Assembly: GCA_902385765.1 (NCBI GenBank)
Contig: CABMGU010000080.1
Coordinates: 1 to 40,533, forward strand
Length of the DNA: 40,533 nt
Reading direction: 5' to 3'
DNA from: an uncultured archaeon
GTDB lineage: Archaea; Nanobdellota; Nanobdellia; Woesearchaeales; ARS49
Shown here: positions 7,734-14,498 of the stretch, piece by piece
Position numbering within the stretch: the stretch's first letter is position 1
Layout: the number at the start of each line of letters is the position of its first letter
Made by a program: the position numbers and the translations under genes
The notes under the pieces: generated by a model
What the model saw: only the letters and a program-made list of their open reading frames with translations
Database searches by the model: none
Told to the model about the DNA's origin: nothing

Positions 7734-8650
7734 TGAGAACGCTTGTTTTTCTTCTGATTTTGCTGGTTGCTTGTAGTTCAGCGCCTGTTGAAACTAAAGA
7801 GCCAGCGCCTCAGGTTGTTTCCCAGCCGAATGTTACTCCTCCTGTTGTACCGCCTCAGAAGCTTCTTGAGGATCCTGTTACGAGAACTGTGAAGCAGTCC
7901 GGCAGTCTTGGCACTTTTGTTTATGGTTTGTCTGAGGACAATCGTCTTTTGCGTGTTGAGAAGACCGGTGCTTTGTGGCAGTACCATTATGAGAATGGTA
8001 AGTTGTCAGCGATTACTGGTCCTCAGAATTATGAGTTCATTTACCTGCACGACCAATTGTCTGAAATCGAGTCTGGTCCTAACAAGTTGTTTTTCAAGTA
8101 TGATGACCGTGGCAGGCTGATTGAAGTTAAGGGTTTTCAGGAAACGCTTTACATGCAGTATGACAGTTTGAACCGTTTGCACGGCGTGAAGCGCGGTGTT
8201 GCCGGAGAAACTGTTTTTGATTATGATGATAAGGATCGTATCGAGCGCATTACCCGCGGTCCTGCAATCAACGTTTTCTATGATGATAAGAATAGGATTC
8301 GTAATTTTGATGCTGATGACACCAAGTTCATTATTGGTTATTGGCGTGATGACAAGGTTATTGCCCTGTCAGGAAAGACTTTCGGCATAGGGCTTTCAAC
8401 GAGTTATGGTCCTGATTATCCTCCTTTTGATGCAAAGCTGATTTTTGCTGAGGATGACAGTGATTTTACTGCAGCTTACACAGATACTTTGTACAAGGTG
8501 GTTGATGATTACATTTATTGCAAATACGTGCGCCGTTTGAAGGATGTTTCTTTTGACGGCACTAGTTATGCGTTTTTCAATAATTATTTCAAAAAGGGGT
8601 TGCCTGAGTATCTGGCAATGCAGTTTGAGTGTATTCCGTATGAAAACTGA
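7733..8650 (+). CDS. YD-repeat lipoprotein-like protein
   Basis: Lipobox-like LLVAC|SS. About six YD/RHS-type repeats (FKYDDRGRLIEVKG, FDYDDKDRIERITRG, FYDDKNRIRNF...). TGATG overlap with the upstream gene. Confidence 0.7.
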   Translation: MRTLVFLLILLVACSSAPVETKEPAPQVVSQPNVTPPVVPPQKLLEDPVTRTVKQSGSLGTFVYGLSEDNRLLRVEKTGALWQYHYENGKLSAITGPQNYEFIYLHDQLSEIESGPNKLFFKYDDRGRLIEVKGFQETLYMQYDSLNRLHGVKRGVAGETVFDYDDKDRIERITRGPAINVFYDDKNRIRNFDADDTKFIIGYWRDDKVIALSGKTFGIGLSTSYGPDYPPFDAKLIFAEDDSDFTAAYTDTLYKVVDDYIYCKYVRRLKDVSFDGTSYAFFNNYFKKGLPEYLAMQFECIPYEN

Positions 8651-8664
8651 TCGTGAATTAAAGT

Positions 8665-8748
8665 CCGCCGCGCCTGAGCAAGCTCAGGTTCATTTTGTCT
8701 CCCCTTGCAAGGCGTGGGGAGAGAAAATGAAGTCGAAGACCGCGGCGG
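8665..8748. other. GC-rich structured intergenic element
   Basis: An outer 8-bp pairing, ccgccgcg (8665-8672) with cgcggcgg (8741-8748), encloses two hairpins: cctgagc/gctcagg at 8673-8688 and tctcccc/ggggaga at 8698-8722. Confidence 0.3.
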
Positions 8749-8763
8749 GAATGAGGAATTATT

Positions 8764-9255
8764 ATGAATCATAAAGAAAAACCGCTGGCAGAGCTTACCT
8801 TGCGCAAGTACGAGAAGCCATATCGTTTGACTGGCAGGGAATTGGTCAAGAAGCTCTGCCTGAGTATTGGTCTTTTGCAGCCTGCTGATTCCAGAGATGC
8901 TGTTGTGGACGTGTTTATGTCGGTTTTGAAGGCTCCTGAGCCGGTTTCCTTGTCAGATATTGAAAAATATGTTAAAGTATCAAGGAAGACCTATAATTTG
9001 TCTATGAGCGGCATTGCTTCTTCTAATATCAGGAGGCAGTTAAAGCGTTTGAAGGATGCTTTTATTGTTGAAAAGCTCGGAAACGCTTATCGTATTGCTG
9101 AGGATACTCCTTTGCACGAGTTGTTTGCTGAGAAAATTGAAAAGTTTTATTTACCTGTTATTGTAGCAAGGGTGAAAGAGTATTGTGAAGCAGTTGAGCA
9201 AGAGAGGTGGAAACATGGATGTTCTGTGTCCGAAATGCAAAAATCCGATGAATAA
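8764..9255 (+). CDS. winged-helix-like DNA-binding protein (putative regulator)
   Basis: 163 aa. The segment SLSDIEKYVKVSRKTYNLSMSGIASSNIRRQLKRLKDAFIVEKLGNAYRI has a helix-turn-helix plus wing pattern. No specific family recognised. Confidence 0.5.
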   Translation: MNHKEKPLAELTLRKYEKPYRLTGRELVKKLCLSIGLLQPADSRDAVVDVFMSVLKAPEPVSLSDIEKYVKVSRKTYNLSMSGIASSNIRRQLKRLKDAFIVEKLGNAYRIAEDTPLHELFAEKIEKFYLPVIVARVKEYCEAVEQERWKHGCSVSEMQKSDE

Positions 9256-9352
9256 GTCTTTCGCTACCATCAGTGGCAATTCAAAGTATGTTACTTGGGA
9301 GTGCGAGGTCTGCAATCATAAGGAGATGAAGTGTACTGGTGTGCTGAAATAG
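9215..9352 (+). CDS. small zinc-ribbon protein (45 aa), not in ORF track
   Basis: My translation is MDVLCPKCKNPMNKSFATISGNSKYVTWECEVCNHKEMKCTGVLK, with CPxC...CxxC. It overlaps the 3' end of the preceding gene by 41 nt in another frame. Confidence 0.4.
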   Translation: MDVLCPKCKNPMNKSFATISGNSKYVTWECEVCNHKEMKCTGVLK

Positions 9353-9535
9353 TTATGTGAAGTCTTTTCTAAAATGCTCAAAATAGGCAGTTTCTGCACC
9401 TCTTAGCCAAGCGCGCATCATTGACAGTATTATTTCGTTTGGAACGCCTTGATTGAAGACTGCCGGATGGAATGAAGACTTTCCATCTCTGGTTATAGAT
9501 TGTATTCTGAATTCAAAAACTAGTTCTTTTTCCAT
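9353..9535 (-). CDS. hypothetical small protein
   Basis: 60-aa ATG ORF with no recognisable motif. Confidence 0.35.
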   Translation of the reverse strand: MEKELVFEFRIQSITRDGKSSFHPAVFNQGVPNEIILSMMRAWLRGAETAYFEHFRKDFT

Positions 9536-9654
9536 TTTGTGTTAAAGAACGGAGAATTGTCTAAAGGACGGCACAAATTCTTTATCAGTTCCCAATCATA
9601 ATCAGTATTAATGATTCCTTTGCAGTTCATCCAGTCAATTCTCTTTTTTGCCAT
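9520..9654 (-). CDS. hypothetical small protein (44 aa), not in ORF track
   Basis: My translation is MAKKRIDWMNCKGIINTDYDWELIKNLCRPLDNSPFFNTKWKKN. A TATA-like aaatataaata lies about 25 nt upstream on the minus strand. It overlaps the next ORF by 16 nt. Confidence 0.25.
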   Translation of the reverse strand: MAKKRIDWMNCKGIINTDYDWELIKNLCRPLDNSPFFNTKWKKN

Positions 9655-9721
9655 TAAAATGATATAAGTAGAACTTATTTATATTTCTATCGTCGAGAAA
9701 ACCGTAAACTTTCCGATTTTA

Positions 9722-9940
9722 CTAAGAGAGTTTGCTTAAATCAACCTTATATTCGTTATTCTTGCAGCTTACAGCGTAATTGTTTCGGAGCTTCCGTCGG
9801 ACTCGTTTTTCAACCTCACCATTAACCTTCACTTCACCTGACCTTATCAGCACTTTTGCCTGTCCGCCTGTTGCTGCCAGTCCTAAAACTTTCAAGAAGT
9901 CTGCAAGTTCTATGTATGGTCCTGTTTCATCTGTTTTCAT
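9722..9940 (-). CDS. S4-domain RNA-binding protein (YbcJ-like)
   Basis: IELADFLKVLGLAATGGQAKVLIRSGEVKVNGEVEKRVRRKL matches the YbcJ/S4 pattern. ATG is at 9940 (track start 9949 is TTG). It overlaps the Nudix 3' end. Confidence 0.75.
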   Translation of the reverse strand: MKTDETGPYIELADFLKVLGLAATGGQAKVLIRSGEVKVNGEVEKRVRRKLRNNYAVSCKNNEYKVDLSKLS

Positions 9941-10367
9941 GAAGTTCAAACGCTCTTAATGCCGTGTGTCGTACGTCTTCAGGCACTCTTTCCTGTTGTA
10001 AGTCTTCTTTTGTGAACCATTCTGCATTGTTGAGCTCGTCTTTTTTTATTTCTATTTTGCCCGTTAATAGTTTGCAAATGTAGAATAGACAGCAGTGGTC
10101 GTGGTCGCCTACTGAATGAACGTTTGCGTGGAATGGCAGTGCAAGGCTTTTTTTAGCATTTCCTGCTATTGGGATATTGCTTTTCTGGATTAGTTCTGCG
10201 TTTAATCCTGTTTCTTCTTTTATTTCGCGGATTATTGCTTCGTCAGGCGTTTCGTCTTTGTCTATGTGCCCGCCTACTGGAAGCCAGAGATTTAGTTTTT
10301 TGTGGTGTATTAGCAGGACTTTTCCTTTGTTAAAGACGTATGCCGCAACCACCAAGTCTGTTTTCAT
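9927..10367 (-). CDS. Nudix hydrolase
   Basis: Nudix box GGHIDKDETPDEAIIREIKEETGL. I prefer ATG at 10367 (MKTDLVVAAY...) because the longer form would run into the divergent promoter. Confidence 0.85.
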   Translation of the reverse strand: MKTDLVVAAYVFNKGKVLLIHHKKLNLWLPVGGHIDKDETPDEAIIREIKEETGLNAELIQKSNIPIAGNAKKSLALPFHANVHSVGDHDHCCLFYICKLLTGKIEIKKDELNNAEWFTKEDLQQERVPEDVRHTALRAFELHENR

Positions 10368-10388
10368 GTTCGTATTAATTGCAAACGC

Positions 10389-10401
10389 TTTTAAATATTT
10401 A
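10389..10401. promoter_or_regulatory. shared quasi-palindromic TATA element between divergent leaderless genes
   Basis: ttttaaatattta is centred about 28 nt from the minus-strand ATG 10367 and about 23 nt from the plus-strand ATG 10418. The whole intergenic gap is only 50 nt. Confidence 0.4.
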
Positions 10402-10417
10402 TGCATACTCATTTGTT

Positions 10418-11551
10418 ATGGTCTATGAGCCTCAGGAAGATAGTTTTTTGTTGAAGGAGTTTGTGAAGCGTTTTGCTAAGGGAGTTGTCCTTGATATGGG
10501 CACTGGTTCTGGTTTGCAGGCAAGAGAAGCAGCGCATTCTCAGCGTACATCAAAGGTTTTTGCTGTTGATGTTGATAAGAAATCAATCGCTTTTGCAAAA
10601 AAATCAGCAGACCACAAGCATCACAAGAAAGTAACCTGGCTTGTTGGTGATTTGTTCAAGCCGTTTAAGTCAAAGAAATATCTGCATTTTTTTGACACGA
10701 TTATTTTTAATCCTCCTTATTTGCCTCAGGACCATAAAGTGAGGGATATTACATTAGAGGGCGGCAGGCGCGGTCACGAGACTATTGAGCGTTTCTTGAA
10801 TGATGTTAACAATTATTTGAAGCCTGATGGAATTATTTTGCTTGTTTTCTCAAGCTTGACTCCTGAAGTGCATAATATTTTGCAGAGCCATCTGTTAATC
10901 AGCAAAGAATTAGGTAAAATTCATTTGTTTTTTGAGGATATTTTTGTTTGTTTGCTGAAGCGCAGCCCTGTTCTTAATCAGCTTGAGAAGAAAGGCGTCT
11001 GCAACATCAAGTTTTTCGCTAAAGGCAAGCGCGGTCTTGTTTTTACAGGCAGTTACAAAAATAAAAAAGTTGCGATTAAGATTAAGCACCCTGAAAGCAC
11101 TGCCAGGCTAACGATTGTAAAAGAAACCAGTATGCTGAAAGAGCTTAACAAACACGGTCTTGGTCCTAAGTATTTATTCCATTCTCCTCATTTCCTCGTC
11201 TATGAGTTTGTGGAAGGCAAATATTTGAAGAACTATTTGAAAGCAAAAAATATCAAACTCATCTGTAAAAAAGTCTTTGAGCAGTGTTTCCAGTTGGACC
11301 TTTTGCACGTCAACAAGGATGAGATGACCAGACCATTTAAGCACATCATAATCAAGGGCAACAAAGTTACTTTGATTGATTTTGAGCGTGCGAGAAAAGT
11401 CGAGGAAGCTCATAACGTCACCCAGTTTTGCGAGTTTGTCTGCAATACTTTTTTCAAGAGGAAAAAGAAGGAATGGATTGAGCTTGCGAAAACCTACAGC
11501 CACAATCCTTCCAGGCAGAATTTTCAAAAAATACTGGCGAAGTTGAACTGA
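10418..11551 (+). CDS. fusion: Mtq2/HemK-related N5-glutamine methyltransferase domain plus small atypical protein-kinase-like domain
   Basis: N-terminal half: VYEPQEDSFLL, VLDMGTGSG and IIFNPPYLP. C-terminal half: FAKGKRGLVF...KKVAIKIK (Gly-loop plus Lys), HVNKDEMTRPFKHIII and LIDFERA (DFG-like). ATG is at 10418 (the track start is upstream). Confidence 0.75.
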   Translation: MVYEPQEDSFLLKEFVKRFAKGVVLDMGTGSGLQAREAAHSQRTSKVFAVDVDKKSIAFAKKSADHKHHKKVTWLVGDLFKPFKSKKYLHFFDTIIFNPPYLPQDHKVRDITLEGGRRGHETIERFLNDVNNYLKPDGIILLVFSSLTPEVHNILQSHLLISKELGKIHLFFEDIFVCLLKRSPVLNQLEKKGVCNIKFFAKGKRGLVFTGSYKNKKVAIKIKHPESTARLTIVKETSMLKELNKHGLGPKYLFHSPHFLVYEFVEGKYLKNYLKAKNIKLICKKVFEQCFQLDLLHVNKDEMTRPFKHIIIKGNKVTLIDFERARKVEEAHNVTQFCEFVCNTFFKRKKKEWIELAKTYSHNPSRQNFQKILAKLN

Positions 11552-11587
11552 ATCTTACAGGTTCGTTGTTTTTGACCGAAAACTTTA

Positions 11588-11607
11588 AATATATCAATTG
11601 ATATATT
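11588..11607. promoter_or_regulatory. perfect 20-bp palindrome (operator-like) overlapping the TATA region of wHTH paralog 1
   Basis: aatatatcaattgatatatt equals its own reverse complement. It ends 8 nt before ATG 11615. Confidence 0.6.
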
Positions 11608-11614
11608 ATTAAAT

Positions 11615-11893
11615 ATGAAACAAGTGCTGGAAAATCCGTTTGTAAGGTCGCCCACTCTCGACACTGTCTTGATGGTGGAAAGAACTATTGAAGAGCACAG
11701 CGGAGAATACAATCGGACAGAATTGTGGAAAAACTTGCCAAGAAAAGTCATGTGGCAGACATTTCTGGTTATTCTGGACTATCTGGAAAGCATCAATAAG
11801 ATAGCTGTTGACAGAGAAGGCAGAATCGGCTGGATATGGAACCCTGAGTTAGTGAAAAAATACTTGAGCAAGCCGCATTTGAGGGCAAAGTGA
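11615..11893 (+). CDS. small winged-helix-like protein, paralog 1 (antitoxin-like)
   Basis: SPTLDTVLMVE...LPRKVMWQTFLVILDYLESINKIAV is shared with the ORFs at 28416 and 30617. Its stop overlaps the next ORF's start (GTGA). Confidence 0.7.
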   Translation: MKQVLENPFVRSPTLDTVLMVERTIEEHSGEYNRTELWKNLPRKVMWQTFLVILDYLESINKIAVDREGRIGWIWNPELVKKYLSKPHLRAK

Positions 11894-12219
11894 AATCTGT
11901 AGTCCATTTTGGCGATGAAAGAATTAAAGAGACCTATGAACAGCTTAAGAACTCGAAATTTGAGGATAAAAAGCTTTATGAATGGATATCCAGGGCAATA
12001 GATGATTTGTAACAAAATGCTCTTTGCGGAACACACATTCCTAAGAAATTAATTCCTACAGTATACTTTGATAAATTTCAAATAGATAATTTGTGGAAGT
12101 ACGACCTGCCGAATGGCTGGAGGCTGATTTATTCTATTGCTAATGGAGAAGTACAAATCATCACCATCATCCTGGAATGGTTTGACCATAAGGAATATGA
12201 AAGAAGATTCAAATATTAG
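11890..12219 (+). pseudogene. RelE/ParE-superfamily-like toxin homolog interrupted by in-frame TAA (12010-12012)
   Basis: It reads VKSVVHFGDERIKETYEQLKNSKFEDKKLYEWISRAIDDL*QNALCGTHIPKKLIPTVYFDKFQIDNLWKYDLPNGWRLIYSIANGEVQIITIILEWFDHKEYERRFKY. This is colinear with the intact 117-aa paralog at 30880-31233. Confidence 0.6.
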
Positions 12220-12529
12220 TTTCGCTGACAAGGTCTACGCGTTGTGCAAGAAGATTCCTAAAGGCAGAGTCTCCACTTACAAGGATATTGGCAATGCCTT
12301 GGGCGGTTATGGTCAGGTTTACCGTGCAGTTGGTGTCGCATTAAACAGAAATTCTCACGCTCCAATTGTTCCGTGTCATCGTGTCGTGAACTCTAACGGC
12401 AATGTTGGCGGTTTTGCCCACGGCACTAAGAATAAGATTAAGCTGCTAAAAGCTGAAGGCATTCAAGTTGTGAATGGAAAGATTAAAGAATTCAAGAAAG
12501 TGTTTTTCATAATTACTACTTCCAAGTGA
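12197..12529 (+). CDS. ogt: methylated-DNA--protein-cysteine methyltransferase, short single-domain form
   Basis: Active-site motif IVPCHRVV and helix-turn-helix segment GRVSTYKDIGNALG. ATG is at 12197 (the track start is upstream). Confidence 0.85.
   Translation: MKEDSNISFADKVYALCKKIPKGRVSTYKDIGNALGGYGQVYRAVGVALNRNSHAPIVPCHRVVNSNGNVGGFAHGTKNKIKLLKAEGIQVVNGKIKEFKKVFFIITTSK
12465..12508 (+). repeat. left copy of 44-bp imperfect direct repeat (within the ogt 3' end)
   Basis: aagttgtgaatggaaagattaaagaattcaagaaagtgtttttc matches 14004-14047 at 39 of 44 positions by my alignment. Confidence 0.8.
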
Positions 12530-12573
12530 TTAAAAACAAAAGATTTAAATAGTATTCAAATATAACAAGAAGA

Positions 12574-13317
12574 ATGGCAGAATGTTTTTCCGCAATAGAT
12601 TTGCAGGAAATAAGACGCCATGCTCACAATCTGATAACTCGCGGTTACTTTACCGGGTTCAATATTGTTCGTTCATCAAAATCTCTGCCTTCTGCCGCAA
12701 TTATGCTGCATTTTTTGCACGATGCTCAAGACCAGATTGACTACATAACTAGAACCTCGGGTCTTGTTGGTTTTCAGGTTTTGCCGAGAGAAACGGCATA
12801 TTTGTTTGACCTCATTTATGCAAAGAAAAAAGACTTTGAAAAAGAATATAAAAATGCGGTTTTCATCGGAACAGATGGCTCTCAGATTCCTTTGTCAGAA
12901 GTTGGAAATCAGAAAACAGCACCTCTCGTAGTCTCGGATGAACTGGATTTAATGGCGACTTTAGACGTTCAGACATTGGAGCAAATTGTGATGAAGCTTG
13001 AATCTGCAAATAGGTCAGGTCCACAGCCTTGGATTCACCCCGTTATCATTGTTAAGTCAGTATCACCTCTTGACAGGATTCCCGGGTTCGTTGACAGAAT
13101 CAAATATGTATGTATCTCCAAGAATAATGAGGAAGCATATGCCTTGGTTGAAGATGACAAATGTTTGTCATTGCAGAAATACGTCGATAAATTTGTGTGT
13201 GTTCAGGATTTGGGAAAAACAAGAAGCAACATTGTTGTTTTTCATCCTTCACAGATAAATCAAAAATTTTTTGAGTATATGCTCTCTAATGCACGCACGT
13301 TTCTTCCCACGCAATAG
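12574..13317 (+). CDS. hypothetical protein
   Basis: 247-aa ATG ORF with a TATA-like gatttaaatag about 27 nt upstream. No motif recognised. Confidence 0.6.
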   Translation: MAECFSAIDLQEIRRHAHNLITRGYFTGFNIVRSSKSLPSAAIMLHFLHDAQDQIDYITRTSGLVGFQVLPRETAYLFDLIYAKKKDFEKEYKNAVFIGTDGSQIPLSEVGNQKTAPLVVSDELDLMATLDVQTLEQIVMKLESANRSGPQPWIHPVIIVKSVSPLDRIPGFVDRIKYVCISKNNEEAYALVEDDKCLSLQKYVDKFVCVQDLGKTRSNIVVFHPSQINQKFFEYMLSNARTFLPTQ

Positions 13318-13579
13318 CTTCGAGTTCTTTTCTTGATGATACATTAGTCAACCAGGGATTTCCACCTCTTACGCCTCTTTTGTGCAGGGCTTTGAGTAAT
13401 TCTCCCTCATCACCGTGCAGGCGATATTCATATCTCACCGTTCCAACAACGTGTTTCCATTCGCTGACATATTTCACTTCAGGATTTGCCAATTGTGCTC
13501 GTGCTTCTGCCGGTCCAAGTATTGTAATCGGCAGAACTGGTGCTTTTAATGCAATTAAAAGTGTATCGTAATCAGTCAT
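13286..13579 (-). CDS. hypothetical protein
   Basis: ATG at 13579 (MTDYDTLLIALK...) with a TATA-like tttatatact about 27 nt upstream on the minus strand. The 3' end overlaps the convergent gene by 32 nt. Confidence 0.5.
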   Translation of the reverse strand: MTDYDTLLIALKAPVLPITILGPAEARAQLANPEVKYVSEWKHVVGTVRYEYRLHGDEGELLKALHKRGVRGGNPWLTNVSSRKELEAIAWEETCVH

Positions 13580-13663
13580 AAAAGATAGTATATACTCCAG
13601 TATATAAATAATTTTCGCTGTTTCAGGATACAATTAAATATATTGCTTGCTTAGACTACTGAT

Positions 13664-14005
13664 ATGGGGTACACATCATTTGTAATGGAAGACGTGGGAA
13701 CAAGCAAATATTCTCGTTTAGAGATGCAGCTGAGATTAAACGGAAATAATGGGACATTTCTCGTCAATGTTCCGAGAACGCGTTTGCCAAAAGGATTTAA
13801 CCTGATTGATATGGATGGAAGTATTGATATCATTTTTAATGGAGATTTGAAAAAACTGGAAGATATGCTGAAACGAGCAGGTATTCGCTCAGCTGGTGTT
13901 GTAAAATATGACGGTCAGCCAGTAACTCTTGCTCATTCTCAGGCTCTGACTGCACGTGATATCGCGGAAGAGTCTAAACAACCATATGTTATTTATGAAA
14001 AGTAA
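13664..14005 (+). CDS. hypothetical protein
   Basis: 113-aa ATG ORF with a TATA-like ttaaatatatt about 25 nt upstream. No motif recognised. Confidence 0.55.
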   Translation: MGYTSFVMEDVGTSKYSRLEMQLRLNGNNGTFLVNVPRTRLPKGFNLIDMDGSIDIIFNGDLKKLEDMLKRAGIRSAGVVKYDGQPVTLAHSQALTARDIAEESKQPYVIYEK

Positions 14006-14047
14006 GTCGTGAATGGAAAGATTAAAGAATTTGATAAGGTGTTTTTC
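14004..14047 (+). repeat. right copy of 44-bp imperfect direct repeat
   Basis: aagtcgtgaatggaaagattaaagaatttgataaggtgtttttc. See 12465-12508 for the left copy. Confidence 0.8.
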
Positions 14048-14052
14048 TCTGT

Positions 14053-14463
14053 ATGCGGTGCTCACTGATTATTCCTGTTGCTGATGGCGGCAAGTTTTTA
14101 TTCTCTCGCAGGGCCAAGGATAAGCTTCCTTTTCCCGGCACTTGGGTGTGCGCTGTTGGGGGCAAGGTTGAGGAAGGCGAGTCTTTTGAGGATGCTGCTA
14201 GAAGAGAAATGCGGGAAGAAGTCGGCATTGAGATGCCGTTAAGGAAGGTTTGTTCTTTTGAGTACAATGTTGAATTTAATGCAGTCTTTACTATCTTCAC
14301 TACAGATGCTCCTTTACCAAATGAACTTAAGCTTGACCCGTCAGAAGTCCAGTACGTGAAGGCTTTTTCTCTTGCAGAAATGAAAGAGATGATAAAAGAA
14401 AGTCCTGATGATTTTGCTCCCACTTTCAGGGTTGCGCTAAAAGAGTTTGAGAAGAATCTTTGA
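14053..14463 (+). CDS. Nudix hydrolase
   Basis: Nudix box GGKVEEGESFEDAARREMREEVGI. Confidence 0.85.
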   Translation: MRCSLIIPVADGGKFLFSRRAKDKLPFPGTWVCAVGGKVEEGESFEDAARREMREEVGIEMPLRKVCSFEYNVEFNAVFTIFTTDAPLPNELKLDPSEVQYVKAFSLAEMKEMIKESPDDFAPTFRVALKEFEKNL

Positions 14464-14498
14464 AAAACTTTATTAATCACCTCTTGTATTGATGAGAT

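Larger units (their letters stand above)
12509..14003. mobile_element. candidate 1.5-kb inserted cassette (three orphan genes) between the direct repeats
   Basis: It is bracketed by the 44-bp repeat. The right copy restores an ogt-like C-terminus (VVNGKIKEFDKVFFSVCGAH*) that overlaps the Nudix ATG 14053. No integrase or transposase motif recognised. Confidence 0.35.
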
